Shown: piece by piece, positions 41,159 through 53,591 of the stretch
How positions within the stretch are numbered: the first letter of the stretch is position 1
Layout of the letters: every line of letters begins with the position of its first letter
Assembly (NCBI GenBank): GCA_951406725.2
Contig: OX597823.1
Span: 89,590,001-89,654,000 of the forward strand
DNA: 64,000 nucleotides
Source: Octopus vulgaris
Lineage: Eukaryota
Direction: 5' to 3'
The notes under the pieces: generated by a model
What the model was told of the DNA's origin: nothing
Database searches by the model: none
Seen by the model: the letters and a program-made list of their open reading frames with translations, nothing else
Translations under genes and position numbers: made by a program

Positions 41159-41277
41159 AAGGCAGCAAAGCAGACAATAGCAGAAATATTTGGAAAAACT
41201 TTTACTCCAAGTTCAATATTATGAATATAAAATGAAACAAAATAGATAAAACTGTATTTAAATTTTAAATAATTTGA

Positions 41278-41402
41278 AATAAATATGAGGAAAATAAACA
41301 TTTACAGGAAAGCTGTAGATGGAAAAAAAAAAACATAACATGTGTGATTTGTTAGTTATTGTGGTTAATTCCATTGGAATTCACTTCATCTGTTTCAATA
41401 AA
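41278..41402 (+). terminator. candidate polyadenylation signals of the chitinase mRNA
   Basis: AATAAA hexamers at about 41278, 41293 and 41397, 120-240 nt after the stop codon. Which one is used is unknown. Confidence 0.4.
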
Positions 41403-42244
41403 CTTTGAAAATCATGAAGAATTTATTAAAATATCTTTGTCATTATTAAGCTGATATTTAGAACATGAGTTAACATGAAGTTTTGATGGAAAGTTTTAAT
41501 TTAGATCATTTTAACCCTTGCCTTTGTTTCATTTAATATTGATTTCAAATTTTGATACAAGGCCAGTAATCTTGTGGGTGGGAGAAAGCCATTTACATCA
41601 ACCACAGTGTTCAGTCGGTATTTATTTGATTGGCGGCGAGCTAGCAGATTCGTTAGCACGCCAGGTGAAATGCATAGCCGTATTTCGTCTGCTGTTCTCT
41701 TCTGAGTTCAAATTCCGCCGAGGTCGACTTTGCCTTTCATCCTTTCGGGGGTTGATAAATTAAGTACCAGTTACGCACTGGGGTCGATATAATCAACTTA
41801 ATCCGTTTGTCCCTTCTGTGTTTAGCCCCTTATGGGTAATAAAGAAATAGGTATTTATTTGATTGACTCTGAAAGGATGAAAGGCAGAGTGAACCTTGGC
41901 AGAATTTGAACTTAGAACATACAGATGGACAAAATGTTGCTAAGCATTTTGGTTGGCATGCTAACAATTCTGCCAGCTCGCTACCTTATTTGGAAGAAAA
42001 TTAAATTTTGATGTAAAGTTTTAATTTAGATCATTTGAATTCTTTTGTTACCATATTTCTGTTGAAATACATAACCTTTGTTTAAATTAATATTGGTTTC
42101 AAATTTTGGCACAAGGCCAGTAATTGTGGGGGAAGGGACAGGTCCATTACATCAACCCCATTGTTCAACTGGTACTTATTTTATTAACCCTGAAAAGATG
42201 AAAGGCAAAGTAAACCTTGGTGGAATTTAATTCAAAATGTACAG

Positions 42245-42635
42245 ACAGGAGTGGCTGTGTGGTAAGTAGCTTGTTTACCAACCACATGGTTCCAGGTTCA
42301 GTCCCACTGCATGGCACCTTGGGCAAGTGTCTTCTACTATAGCCTCGGGCCGACCAAAGCCTTGTGAGTGGATTTGGTGGACGGAAACTGAAAGAAGCCC
42401 ATCGTATATATGTATATATATATATATATGCGTGTGTGTGTTTGTCTCCCTAGCATTGCTTGACAACCGATGCTGGTGTGTTTATGTCCCCGTTACTTAG
42501 CGGTTCGGCAAAAGAGACCGATAGAATAAGTACTGGGCTTACAAAAGAATAAGTCCCGGGGTCGATTTGCTCGATTAAAGGCGGTGCTCCAGCATGGCTA
42601 CAGTCAAATGACTGAAACGAGTAAAAGAGTAAAGA
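42245..42635 (+). mobile_element. tRNA-derived SINE family A (CORE-like domain), full length
   Basis: A/B-box-like head gtggctgtgtggtaag...ggttcagtccc, gcaccttgggcaagtg core, central microsatellite. Other copies at about 1491, 6390, 8300, 22455, 34970, 45020(-), 52240, 55757(-) and 59465(-). Confidence 0.85.
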
Positions 42636-42829
42636 GAGCTGAAATGCTGTTAAGCATTTTACTAGCATGCTAACAATTTTGTCAGCTTGCCACCTTATTC
42701 GGAATATAGATTAGCATGAAGTTTTCATTAAAACTTTTAATTTAGATCATTTTAACTCTTTTGTTGCCATATTTCTGTTGAAATACACTGCCCCTGTTTC
42801 AATACATTTTTAAAATAATGAAGCATGTT

Positions 42830-43270
42830 AAAATATCTGAACGCCTTACTTCCCTGGGCATGGACACATTGAAATTCCAACGTCTGGCAGCTGACTTGGC
42901 AGACACCCATAAAATTATTAAACATCTTACAAACAATAACTCTGAGCACCTTTTCAAACTCCACTTGTGGATATGTTTACAGAGTCAGAAAACAGCACAG
43001 CTCCCATGACTTTCGGGAACATTTTTTCACACTGAGAGTTGCTGAAGCATGGAACAAACTGCCGGCATCAGTTGTTAGTTGTCAGAGCACTGCATCCTGA
43101 GATTTGCCAACACTATACCTGATTTTTCCCCACTCCATACACACGCAAGCATGTATCTGACTCATACACTGTTTGCTTTATAGACATTTGTACATTACTG
43201 CATATACTCTATACACTCTTTTGACAAGTTGTGGTGCACCTGAGCATTGTATACAATAATTTCATTATTA
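42830..43270 (+). mobile_element. CR1-like LINE 3' end
   Basis: ERLTSLGMDTLKFQRLAADL...HFFTLRVAEAWNKLP, followed by a 3'UTR and (ATT)n. Confidence 0.75.
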
Positions 43271-45892
43271 TTATCTTTATAATTATTAAGCTGATATTTG
43301 GAACATAAATTAACATGAAGCTTTGAATCAAAGTTTTATTTTAGATCATTTTAACCTGTTTATTACAATATTTCTGTTGAAATACATTACTTTGTTTTAC
43401 CTGATGTTAATTTAATGTTATAGGCCTAAAGAAAAAAATCAACATTAAGGGAAATAAATCAAGCAAAATCACTGAATAATCATAAGTAATTTTCCAATCT
43501 AAACAATTTCCCCATTGGAATCACCATATTTTCCTTAAGAATTTGAAAATTTTAATCCCAGAAGGAATTTTTCTTCAGATAAAGAATTGCTGGATTATAC
43601 CAAATTTCTGTTTTTACTGAAAAAAAGTAAAATAAGAGAATAATAATATTAGAAAAGTGTTGATGTTTGCTTGAACATCAACAAGACATGGTTTTTAGGA
43701 ATCATATAAATTAGCACAGCAATGAAGTCCAACATGTTCCTAATCTCATTACAATTTGATAAGGGGCATTTTAGGTAAACTATTAAAGGAATGTTTTTAA
43801 GGTAAAAGTTCAATCACCATCATCATCATCATCATCACCATTGTCATCATCATTTTGTTTTAAATCTCCATGTTGACATAGGTTAGACAGCTTGACAAGA
43901 TCCGATGGGTCCAAGAGCTGCATTGCATTTCAGTACTCCCTTGGCAAGATTTCCACTGCTGGATGCCCTTCCTAATACCTATTTCTTTGCTACCCACAAG
44001 GAGCTAAACACAGAGAGGACAAACAAGGACAGACAAATGGATTAAATCGATTATATCAACCCCAGTGCGTAACTGGTACTTATTTAATCGACCCCGAAAG
44101 GATGAAAGGCAAAGTCGACCTCAGTGAAATTTGAACTCAGAACATAATGGCAGACGAAATACGGCTACACATTTCACCCGGCGTGCTAACGTTTCTGCCA
44201 GCTCACCGCCTTCCTAATACCAACCACCTCACAGCATGTGCTGGTGCTTTTTTCATGGTACCAGCACTATTAAGGTCATCATGCACATTCCATGACTAAA
44301 ACTCAAAGTGGGGTGACTTTATACTAGAAAATGAGGACTTAAAGTATGAGAGACGAGGTCAGAGCAGAACAGGTTTCTTGCTGTAGAAGAGCTACATGAC
44401 TACTCACATTTGAGAAGAGAGGGCAAGTGTGATCAGATGGAGCTGGAAAGAGATAAGAAATAGTGGTGATGAGGTGTCTCTGTGAACCTTCAAGGTATGA
44501 AGTGAGTAGAATCAAGTGGGGACAGAGGAACAAGGAGTGTGGGTAGGTGGGGATTTGCAAGTATGTATGGAGGGGGGTGAGAGATGAGGAATGGGTGAGG
44601 GGAGGGGAGGTGGGCAACAACTGTAAAGCCTGGGTAGGGTTGGAGCGTGGAGGTAGTGAATAGTGGATAAGGGGTGAGAATAATTAGTTGTGGGGTGTAG
44701 GAGGAAAAAGAAATGTTAACAGTCTTTGTTCTATTTGTATTTATATTTGATCGTGCTCAGCCAACTGTATTTCTGTGGTTTTCTAACTCAATGTAATGAA
44801 GAAGAATGCTGTCATACAAAGTTATAAGATATGTTGCATGAAGGGCAATGACATAGACAATTAAGTAATCTCTCATAATATAACTTGGTTTATAACAAAT
44901 GAAAGAGCCTCTACATGGTTGCTTGAACTGCAAGAAGTAGCAACTAAATTTCCTTCAATTAACTCCCTACCATCTTAAAAAGAAAAGGAGACATTAATAA
45001 GGTAGTTATATATGTATTATCTTGTACTTTTTGCCTTGATTGAGTCACTGGACTGTGGCCATGCTGGGGTACCACCTTGAAGGGTTTAGTCAAACAAATC
45101 CACCCCAGTACTTATTTTTTTTTAAAGTTTGGTACTTATTCTATTCTATTTGCTAATCACTAATTCACAGGACATAAACAAACCAACATCAGTTGTTAAG
45201 TGGTGAGAGGTGTGAGGGACAAATACAAACACAGACATGCACATACATGCTTACATATACATACATACATGCAACAGGCTTCCACACAGTTTCCTTCAGC
45301 CAAATTCACTCAGAAGGGGTTGGTCAGTCTGAGGCTATGGAGTAAGACACTTGCACAGTGGGATTGAACCTGAAGCAGAGTGGTTGCAAAGTAAGCTTTT
45401 TAACCACAAAGCCATCCCTGAGTGATATATGTAAACAAAAAACACTGAGAGAGTAAATGTTGAAACACCTTTCACCATAGCCCCACTTTTTTTTTTTATC
45501 AAGCTTGAGCTGAAGCGAAACAACAACAACCCTGGAGGAGAATAAACTAATGAAAAATCCTCTAAGCAATCGATTGATTTGTTAGAAATAGCAGCTTAAT
45601 CTCCCTCAAATCACACCCTACTATTTTAAAAATGAATAGACACAATGGTTAAAGTACTCCTAGATACACTACATCTGAAAAAAAAAAATAGAGATATAGA
45701 TGGTCACTGCTGGAACTGTTTTTTGTAATATCTCTGCTTTACCAGGGTTGCGCTAGGACCAACAAAAGGCTCTGGAGAGAGGGGACAGGCAAAGTTGACC
45801 CTTAAAGAGTAGGATTGATCTCAGAACAAAGAAAGACAAGAGTAAATTCTTTAAGATATTTAATCTGGAAGTCTGCCATTTTTGCCGCGACT

Positions 45893-46135
45893 TCACCGTT
45901 GAATAACAGCAGTAGTAATAATAATAGTGGTTATATAAATGAGGATAACTATGAGTTTAGGGTCCATAACTGCAGCACGGGAAGCTATATCATCATTGCA
46001 TAAATATTTATCACAGCATTTGGTGCAGATCTTCTTTCTAATTCCAAACAGGATATACTTGCAAATAGTTTTGCAACTGGTGACACAGCCTCTTTGTATG
46101 GATTTCACATCACCATATGTTAAAACAGCTTTCAC
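45893..46135 (-). CDS. Ly6 terminal exon (C-terminal half plus GPI-type signal)
   Basis: tcttttgcag|GTGAAAGCT...CAACGGTGA. Confidence 0.9.
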   Translation of the reverse strand: MKAVLTYGDVKSIQRGCVTSCKTICKYILFGIRKKICTKCCDKYLCNDDIASRAAVMDPKLIVILIYITTIIITTAVIQR

Positions 46136-48009
46136 CTGCAAAAGAAAAAAAAGTAATTTGATATGTTGTCTGGTGTAGCATGTCTGAAAGAGTAGGAGGT
46201 GAAAGAGAAGTTAGGGGTGAGGGGAATGAACAGAGACAGGCATGAGTGGAATATATTTCTTTACTGCCCACAAGGGGCTAAACATTGAGGGGACAAACAA
46301 GGACAGACAAAGGGATTAAATCGATTACATTGACCCCAGTGTGAAACTGGTACTTTATTTATCGACCCCGAAAGGATGAATGGCAAAATCGACCTTGGCG
46401 GAATTTGAACTCAGAACATAACGACAGACGAAATACGACTACGCATTTCGCCCGGTGTGCTAACGTTTCTGCCAGCTCGCCGCTTTCATGGCATGAGTGG
46501 AATCAACATAATAGTAATAAAACACTGTGTAACACAATTTTTGTCCTTGGGGAGCGACTGTTATTTCCCATTTGCTTATACTTAGAAAGTATGAAAAATG
46601 AACAATGTTTCCTTCAAACTTTGCTTTCCTCAAACATATCTCCATTTTGACAACTAGAAGTAAACTGAACTGTTGAACTTACGATCCCTATATTTATACT
46701 GCCAGAACATTCTAGAAATTCTTGAAACTTTTAGAAACTTCTCAGAAGTTCTTGAAACTTCCAGAAAATTCTGTTTCAGCTACTCAGTACTGAATCTGTC
46801 TGAAATGCATTGATGTCCCAGTCACAAAAGCAAAGTTTGAAGGGGATTGTAGTCATTTCCTTTGATTTCTAGATAGAAGCAAATAGGAAATGACACGGAC
46901 CAAACACAAAAGAAAATTAAAGTTTGTTGCACAGTAGAATCCTTCAATCACCTCTGTCTACGCCACATCCTTCGTGTCCGATGGCATCACTTTGTCTCCA
47001 ACAATTTAGTGTGACACCAGTGCAAAATCACCTCCCTCTGACAAGTCATCCTAACAAGACGTCTGCATTAGCTGGGTCATGTCCTCTGTCATCAACCAGG
47101 AGAATTCATCTACGAAGCAATTGCCCCAGCTCCTCTTCAGGGTTGGTGAAAGCGATGTGGTGGACAATGAAAAACCTGGCTGATGACAGTCAAGTCTGAT
47201 CTGGAACCCATCCTAGGCCCCCATATCTACGGCGTTCGCCACTGGAATAAGGAATGGTTGGAGATCACACGGTCATTAGCCTCAAATCGCCAGGTCTGGT
47301 CAGCGTTTGTGAGAGATGCAGCATTGAGGATGAATGAAGCCAGCTCAACCCACCCCGGGTGAATGCTGTCTCAAGTCAAGAAGAAGACAGTGTAATGGAC
47401 AGTTGATCTACATGGACAGTCAGTAAGAAAAGGTTGGAGAATAATTACCTGCTCCTGAATTAACATATAAGCGGCTGAGTACTCAACATACATATGTACA
47501 GTAAAGGATAATTCTTAAGCAGAATCAATATGACACAATGCATAAGGCTGTTCCTTTTGAATTAAAGGTACAATCCAACTAATGAGCTTCAATACAATCT
47601 CCATTTGCCCAATTTCACTCACAAGGTATGGATCAACCCAAGGCTATAGAATGCAACATTTACTCAAGACACCAAGCAGTGAGATCAAACCCAAAAACTC
47701 AGGGTTGGAAAGCAAACAACTGAAACCTTTGGCTAGACTGCACCTACCACTTATTCTCTCTCTCTCTATCTATCTATCTCTCTCTCCCTCTTTGCCATAT
47801 ACTCTTTCTCCTTACTGATTATATCCCCAAAATAAAACAAAAATCAATCATAATCTTCTCACCTTTGTCCTTCCAGTGCATACGTACCTGACAATATTTC
47901 TGATTTTCAGAACACGTTTGTATAAAGTCATCTGTCAGATGAGTCACACAGGAATTTGTGTTTCTTGTTCGACTGTATTTGTGAGAGCAAGCATAGCAGG
48001 ACAAGCTGG
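45893..48009 (-). CDS. Ly6/uPAR (three-finger fold) protein, invertebrate 12-Cys type, probably GPI-anchored; last two exons, 5' partial
   Basis: complement(join(45893..46135,47888..48009)) gives SLSCYACSHKYSRTRNTNSCVTHLTDDFIQTCSENQKYCQ|VKAVLTYGDVKSIQRGCVTSCKTICKYILFGIRKKICTKCCDKYLCNDDIASRAAVMDPKLIVILIYITTIIITTAVIQR*. It has the LxCYxC start, RGC, the CCxxxLCN signature and a hydrophobic C-terminus, with canonical splice sites. Confidence 0.88.
46663..46772 (-). promoter_or_regulatory. heat-shock-element array plus TATA box and Inr-like site
   Basis: Alternating nGAAn/nTTCn pentamers at 46704-46772; TATAAATA at 46698-46691; TCAGTT with +1 at 46666. Confidence 0.55.
46925..47380 (+). mobile_element. 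RTE (SR2-like) LINE 3' end inside the Ly6 intron
   Basis: Degenerate GW.KRCGGQ.KTWLMTVKSDLEP...SNRQVWSAFVRD, ending in a tcaagtcaag tail. Confidence 0.65.
47888..48009 (-). CDS. Ly6 exon (N-terminal half of the domain), phase-1 acceptor
   Basis: cttttag|CCAGCTTGTCCTGC...TATTGTCAG|gtacgt. Confidence 0.88.
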
Positions 48010-48609
48010 CTAAAAGAAAAAATATAATGAATAAATAGCAATAAAAATAATAATTCTTTCTACTATAAGCACAAGTTCTACTATAAATGCAATTTGGGGA
48101 GAGTGGGCTAGTCAATTACATTGACCACAGTGGTAGGGTAATTATTTTATCAACCCTGAGAAGTATGAAAGGCAAACTTGACCTTGGTGGGATTTGAACT
48201 CAGAACATAAAGAGCCAGAAATAATGCACTTAAGCATTTCATGTGTTACACTTATGATTCTGCCACCTCACTATTTTTATAACAATAACAATAATCCTTT
48301 CTACTTTAGGCACAAAACCTGATGCAGCTTCCTGGCTTCCCAGACCCTAGTTGAAATGTCCAACCCATGCCAGCATGGAAAACGGACGTTAAACTTGACT
48401 GGTACTTTGTTTTATTCATCTCAGAAGGGTGAAAGGTAAAGAGATTAAGTTGATTACATTGACCCCAGTGTTTCCCTGGTACTTAATTTATTACCCCCAA
48501 AAGAATTTGAACTTAGAATATAGCAACATGTGAAATACTGCTAAGCATTTCATCCAGTGTGCTAGTGATTCTGCCAGCTCGCTGCCTTGCTTTTATAATA
48601 ATAACAACA

Positions 48610-48960
48610 GCTCAGAAAAGTAACTGTACCTATGATCATCAGAGCTTTGAAGACAACACCAAATGGTGCTCTTAAACACTATAGCCAAATATCAGGAAAC
48701 TCAAAAGTACCAGAACTACAAAAGATTGTTCTTATGGGTACTGCCCACATTCTAAGAAAAATATTGTCAACTTGAAACAATTTGATTCTCTTAAAACTCC
48801 TTTGAAACTGAAATATTACAAATCTAACAGAATCTTAGTTCACAGTTTCTGGTCTCCCTCCAATACAATATACCATTATTAATCATGAATAATACCCATA
48901 GCAAAACGTCTGACATGCTGGTACTTGCATTAAATAAAGCAACAGCAACATAAATAAATA
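48610..48960 (+). mobile_element. R4/Dong-like 3' end
   Basis: ELQKIVLMGTAHILRKILST* plus 3'UTR and (TAA)n. Confidence 0.7.
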
Positions 48961-49760
48961 ATGATATTAATGATAATTATTGTTTCAAATTTTGGTACAA
49001 GACCAGCAATTTCAGGGGTCAGGGGTTAGTCAGTTGCCTCAACTCCAGTGCCCAAATAGTATTTATTTTATCAACCCTACTAAAATAAGTACTAGTTGGA
49101 CAATAATAATAACAGTTTCAAATTTTAACACAAGGCCAACCAAAATCAAATGGAAATTGTAGTTGTGATCCTCGCCCTGGTGGCACATAAAAGCACCATC
49201 CAAACGTGGCCGATGCCAGTGCTGCCTTGATGGGCTTCTGTGCTAGTGTGGTTGTTGCCAGCCCCTCTGGTCCGTGCTGGTGGCATGTAAAAAACACCCA
49301 CTACATTCTCAGAGTGGTTGGTATTAGGAAGGGCATCCAGCTGTAGAAACACTGCCAGATCAGAGTGGAGCCTGGTGCAGCTTCCTGGCTTCCCAGACCC
49401 TAGTTGAACTGTCCAACCCATGCCAGCATGGAAAACGGACGTTAAACTTGACTGGTACTTTGTTTTATTCATCTCAGAAGGGTGAAAGGTAAAGTTGACC
49501 TCACAAGAAATCAAACATTGAATGTAAAACATTCAATGTTCAATTTCTGTTAAACATTCTATCTGATGTGCAAATGATTCCGTCAGTTCACTGCCTTAAT
49601 AGTTTCAAGTTTTGGCACAAGGCCAGCAATTTTAAGGATAGGTGTTAGTCAATTACATTGCCCCCAGAACTTGACTGGTGTTTTATTGACCTTTGTATTT
49701 TTCCAACACTAACATTTCTGCCAGCTTTCCACCTTCAACTGTCTTTGATTTAGGCACAAG

Positions 49761-49927
49761 CACTAGCGTAGCTGGGAAGAGGGGAGGTAGGGGCGGTTTG
49801 CTCCAGGCAGCACTTTTAGAGGGGCACCTCTTTTGGGTCTGCTGTAGGCAATATGTGTTTTTGTGGGGTCCAGGGGCAGCAAACGGAAGGGCCATCCAAG
49901 GTGGCACACACTCTAGCTACACTAGTG
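49761..49927. mobile_element. hAT MITE (167 bp) inserted in a SINE
   Basis: TIR cactagcgtagct / agctacactagtg; perfect 8-bp TSD ggcacaag. Confidence 0.85.
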
Positions 49928-50402
49928 GGCACAAGGCTAGCAATTTTTTATGGGAAATTGTTAATTGCTACCATTGACTACAGTACATGAATTGTACTTT
50001 ATTTTCTCAACCTGAAAGGATGAAAGGCAAAGTTGACTTGGGTAGGATTTGAACTCAGAATGTAGATAATCAGAACAAATATCATAAAATGTTCTATCCA
50101 ATGCTCTAATGACTGCCATTTTTGTTATGTCATTTTATAATTAATTGTAAAGAGGTAATGAAGTTACAATGTTCTGATGTTAGTTATTGGTATGGATGTT
50201 TAAGGTAGCAAGCTGACAATTGTTGGCATGCCAGCTAAAATGCTTAGCAGCATTTAATCCATTTTTATGTTCTAAGTTCAAATTCTGCCAAGATCAACTT
50301 TGCCTTTCATCCTTTCGAGGTTGATGAAATAAGTAACAGTTAAACACTAGGGTAGATTTAATCAACTAGCCCCTGCCCCAAAAATTTGTGTTGATAGTAG
50401 AA

Positions 50403-50405
<3 letters not shown>

Positions 50406-50473
<68 letters not shown>
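50406..50473. repeat. (ATT)n microsatellite
   Basis: Read directly from the sequence. Confidence 0.95.
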
Positions 50474-50474
<1 letters not shown>

Positions 50475-51274
50475 GAAATAAGTACCAATTGGTCACTGAT
50501 GTCAATGCAATTAACTTAAACCCTCTCCAAAACTGGCTAGACTTCATCATCATCATCCTCATCATTTAACATCTGTTTTCCATGCGGGCATGAGTTGGAT
50601 GATTCGATCGAGGTCTGAAAAGCCAGCTCCAATCTGATCTGGCAATGTTTCTACAGCTGGATGCCCTTCCTAACGCCAATCACTCTGAGAGTGTAGTGGG
50701 TGCTTTTACATGCCACCAGCACAGGAGCCAGTCAGGCAGGTCTGGTATTGATCATGTTCAGATAGTGCTTTTTACATGCCACTGGCATGGGAGCCAGTCA
50801 GGAGACACTGGCATCAGTCACTTTTAGATGGTGCTTTTTACGTTGTGCCAAAAATTTGAAATCATTGTTGTTGTTGTTGTTGTTATCATCATCATCACCA
50901 TCATCATTATCATTATTATTATTATTACTATCATTATTATTATTAATATTAAGGCAGCGAGCTGGAAGAATTGTTAGCACACTGGGCAAAATGCTTAACG
51001 GCATTTCGTCTATCTTTACATTCTGAATTCAAATTCCACAGAGTTTGACTTTGCCTTTCATCCTTTCAGGGTCAATCAATTAAGTACCAGTGGAACACTG
51101 GGGTTGATGTAATCGACTAGTCCCCTCCCCCAAAAATTTCAGGCCTTGCACCTTTAGTAGAAAAGATTATTGTTATTATTATTTTGAAATAAGAACCGGT
51201 TGGACATTGGGGTCAATGTAATCAACTTCATCTGACCCCAAAACTTGCTAGTCTTGTGCCAAAATTTGAAACCA

Positions 51275-51571
51275 TTATTATTATTATTATTATTATTTTC
51301 TTTCTTTCTTCAAATTTTTTTCCGTTTCTCACCGAGTGTTTTCCATACACCTAGGGCAGAGAAGCTCATTGTATGCATTCCCAGATTACACACGCAAATT
51401 CACAGGTAAAATACGTATATAAAAAAATAATAAATAAATTCAAGAATGGATGTTGTTTTCACAGCGATAATGCTCTTCTCAGTACATGAGCCGTTCCAGT
51501 TAACAGGATTTTTTGCACTTCCTGTAGGGATGGTAAGCCTGGTATCATTTTCGAATAGGTTTCAGTACCTA
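51275..51571 (-). mobile_element. R4/Dong-like 3' end inserted in (TAA)n
   Basis: IPGLPSLQEVQKILLTGTAHVLRRALSL* plus 3'UTR; (TTA)n on both sides. Confidence 0.72.
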
Positions 51572-52162
51572 TTTTTTTTTTAATTATTATTATTATTATT
51601 ATCATTTGAAAGGTGGGGAGCTAGCAGAATTGTTAGCCCCAGGTTAGAACAGATCAAGCAGACTTATGACCACACATATTCTAGATACTGTCAATCTATT
51701 TTTATTTGCTTTTCCACATACAGCACCTCCTAGGGCCAGATTATGCAATGTAACCTTAAATTCTAAGAGATTAAAGTATGATTTGAGGTGTATTTGGCTG
51801 CTATTTTGAGGTGTATTTCGCTGCTATTTGCAAATTAAGCAGCAATATAGATGCTCTCTTATTAGGTGGCCCACTTCTGTTGTTTAATCAATTATGCAAT
51901 TTTTTTAAGGTGCCATAAATGAAAGTTATGTTATGGTATAATGAGGTAATGATGAAATGTTTTAACAATCGAGTTGTATGATAATGCAATGAAGAAATGA
52001 CGCGATATTGTCAGTATTTATTGATGTTATAATTTAATAATGAATTGATATCATCATGGTAAAATATTCCAAATTAATAATTAATAAATTATCACAGTTT
52101 GAATCATCAGCTTTGAATGATTTTACAAACACACACATGCATGCACACATGCGCACACACAC

Positions 52163-52230
<68 letters not shown>

Positions 52231-52383
52231 GCATAAGTGCAGGCAGATCTGTGTGGTTAAGAAGTTCACCTCCAGGTTCAGTCCCATGGCATGGTACTAT
52301 GGGCAAGTGTATTCTCCTATAGCCCCAGGTAACCAAGGCCTTGTAAGTAGATTTGGTAGAAACTGAAAGAAACCCATCATATA

Positions 52384-53260
52384 CAGGGTGCAATGAATAT
52401 ATTGTTGTCTAAATTACACAAAAATTAAAATAACACTGGCATCTCATTCTAACAGATATATTTACTAAAATTACATAAAAATATCATGAAACACTTAACA
52501 GTAAATTTATTCAATAAAATTGCCATTGGCTTCAACCACGAATTCAGACAAGTTCGGAATCTCCTACAACTCTTCTGGACAGTCTCCTTGTTTAAGTTGG
52601 TGAATGCTGGCACAATCCATGCCTTCAGTTCATCTTTGTTACAAAGAGTTTTGTTGGTCTCTCGCTCACCTGTGCCCTGCACATGAAAATCAAGGGGGGT
52701 TGCAGTCTGGGGAGTTAGGTGGCCAGATGTTAGGGTTGATGTGGTCGCAAAAATTGTCTGACAGCTATGATTGGATTCTCCTGCTTGTGTGGCATGGTGC
52801 AGAGACCTGTTGCCAGACATAGGGTGTTCCAACAGCCACACTCTTGACCCAGGGCAGCACTACCTCATCCAGGCACTCAATGTAGGCCTCCGTATTGAGT
52901 CAGAGGCCATGTGGGAAGATGAATTGAGGCCATCACTAGTGATCACTCCAAACACCATGATGTTGACTGGCTGGTTGATTTTCATCACTTTCAGTACATA
53001 TTTTGGGGACATAGTAAGCCAATGGTTGTTCTGTGTGTTCACCATCTGTTCGCATTGGAGCTTCTGGCACCAATACCAAGCAACATAGCATGTCATTTCC
53101 AAATTTCTGGCAGAGTGAATTGTGTCATGGAGCTGTTTTTCTCACAGACAGTGCCCAACTGACCCCACCTATACTATGTAGTCGACAAAATCAAAAACAA
53201 ACAATGCCCTTGTGCAAAATAAAAAATATAGAATGGCAACAATTCACCCATCACACCCTG
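52384..53260 (-). mobile_element. internally deleted Tc1/mariner element, DD37D (maT)-type
   Basis: TA|cagggtg...caccctg|TA. Remnant IMVFGVITSDG and WQQ(V)SAPCH...WPPNSPDCNPLD, with 37 residues between the last two catalytic positions. Confidence 0.85.
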
Positions 53261-53591
53261 TATATATATATGTACACACACACACTCACACTCAGACACA
53301 CACACACACACACACACATGGAAACACAAGTGAACAAACGGATGGAATTAGCACTTGATACATTAGTTTCAGTAGTATTTATTGACTTAGCTCTTCGTGT
53401 TAATTAAAGTTATATGGACATTAAAACGATGATGAATATATCATCAGCATCATCATCATCATCATTTAACGTCCATTGTCCATGCTGGCATGGGTTGTAC
53501 AGTTATATTTCATCTCTTTTATTTTGTGAGCAATAAAGAAAATCATCATCATCATTATTATTATTATTGTTATTGTTGTTGTTGTTGTTAA

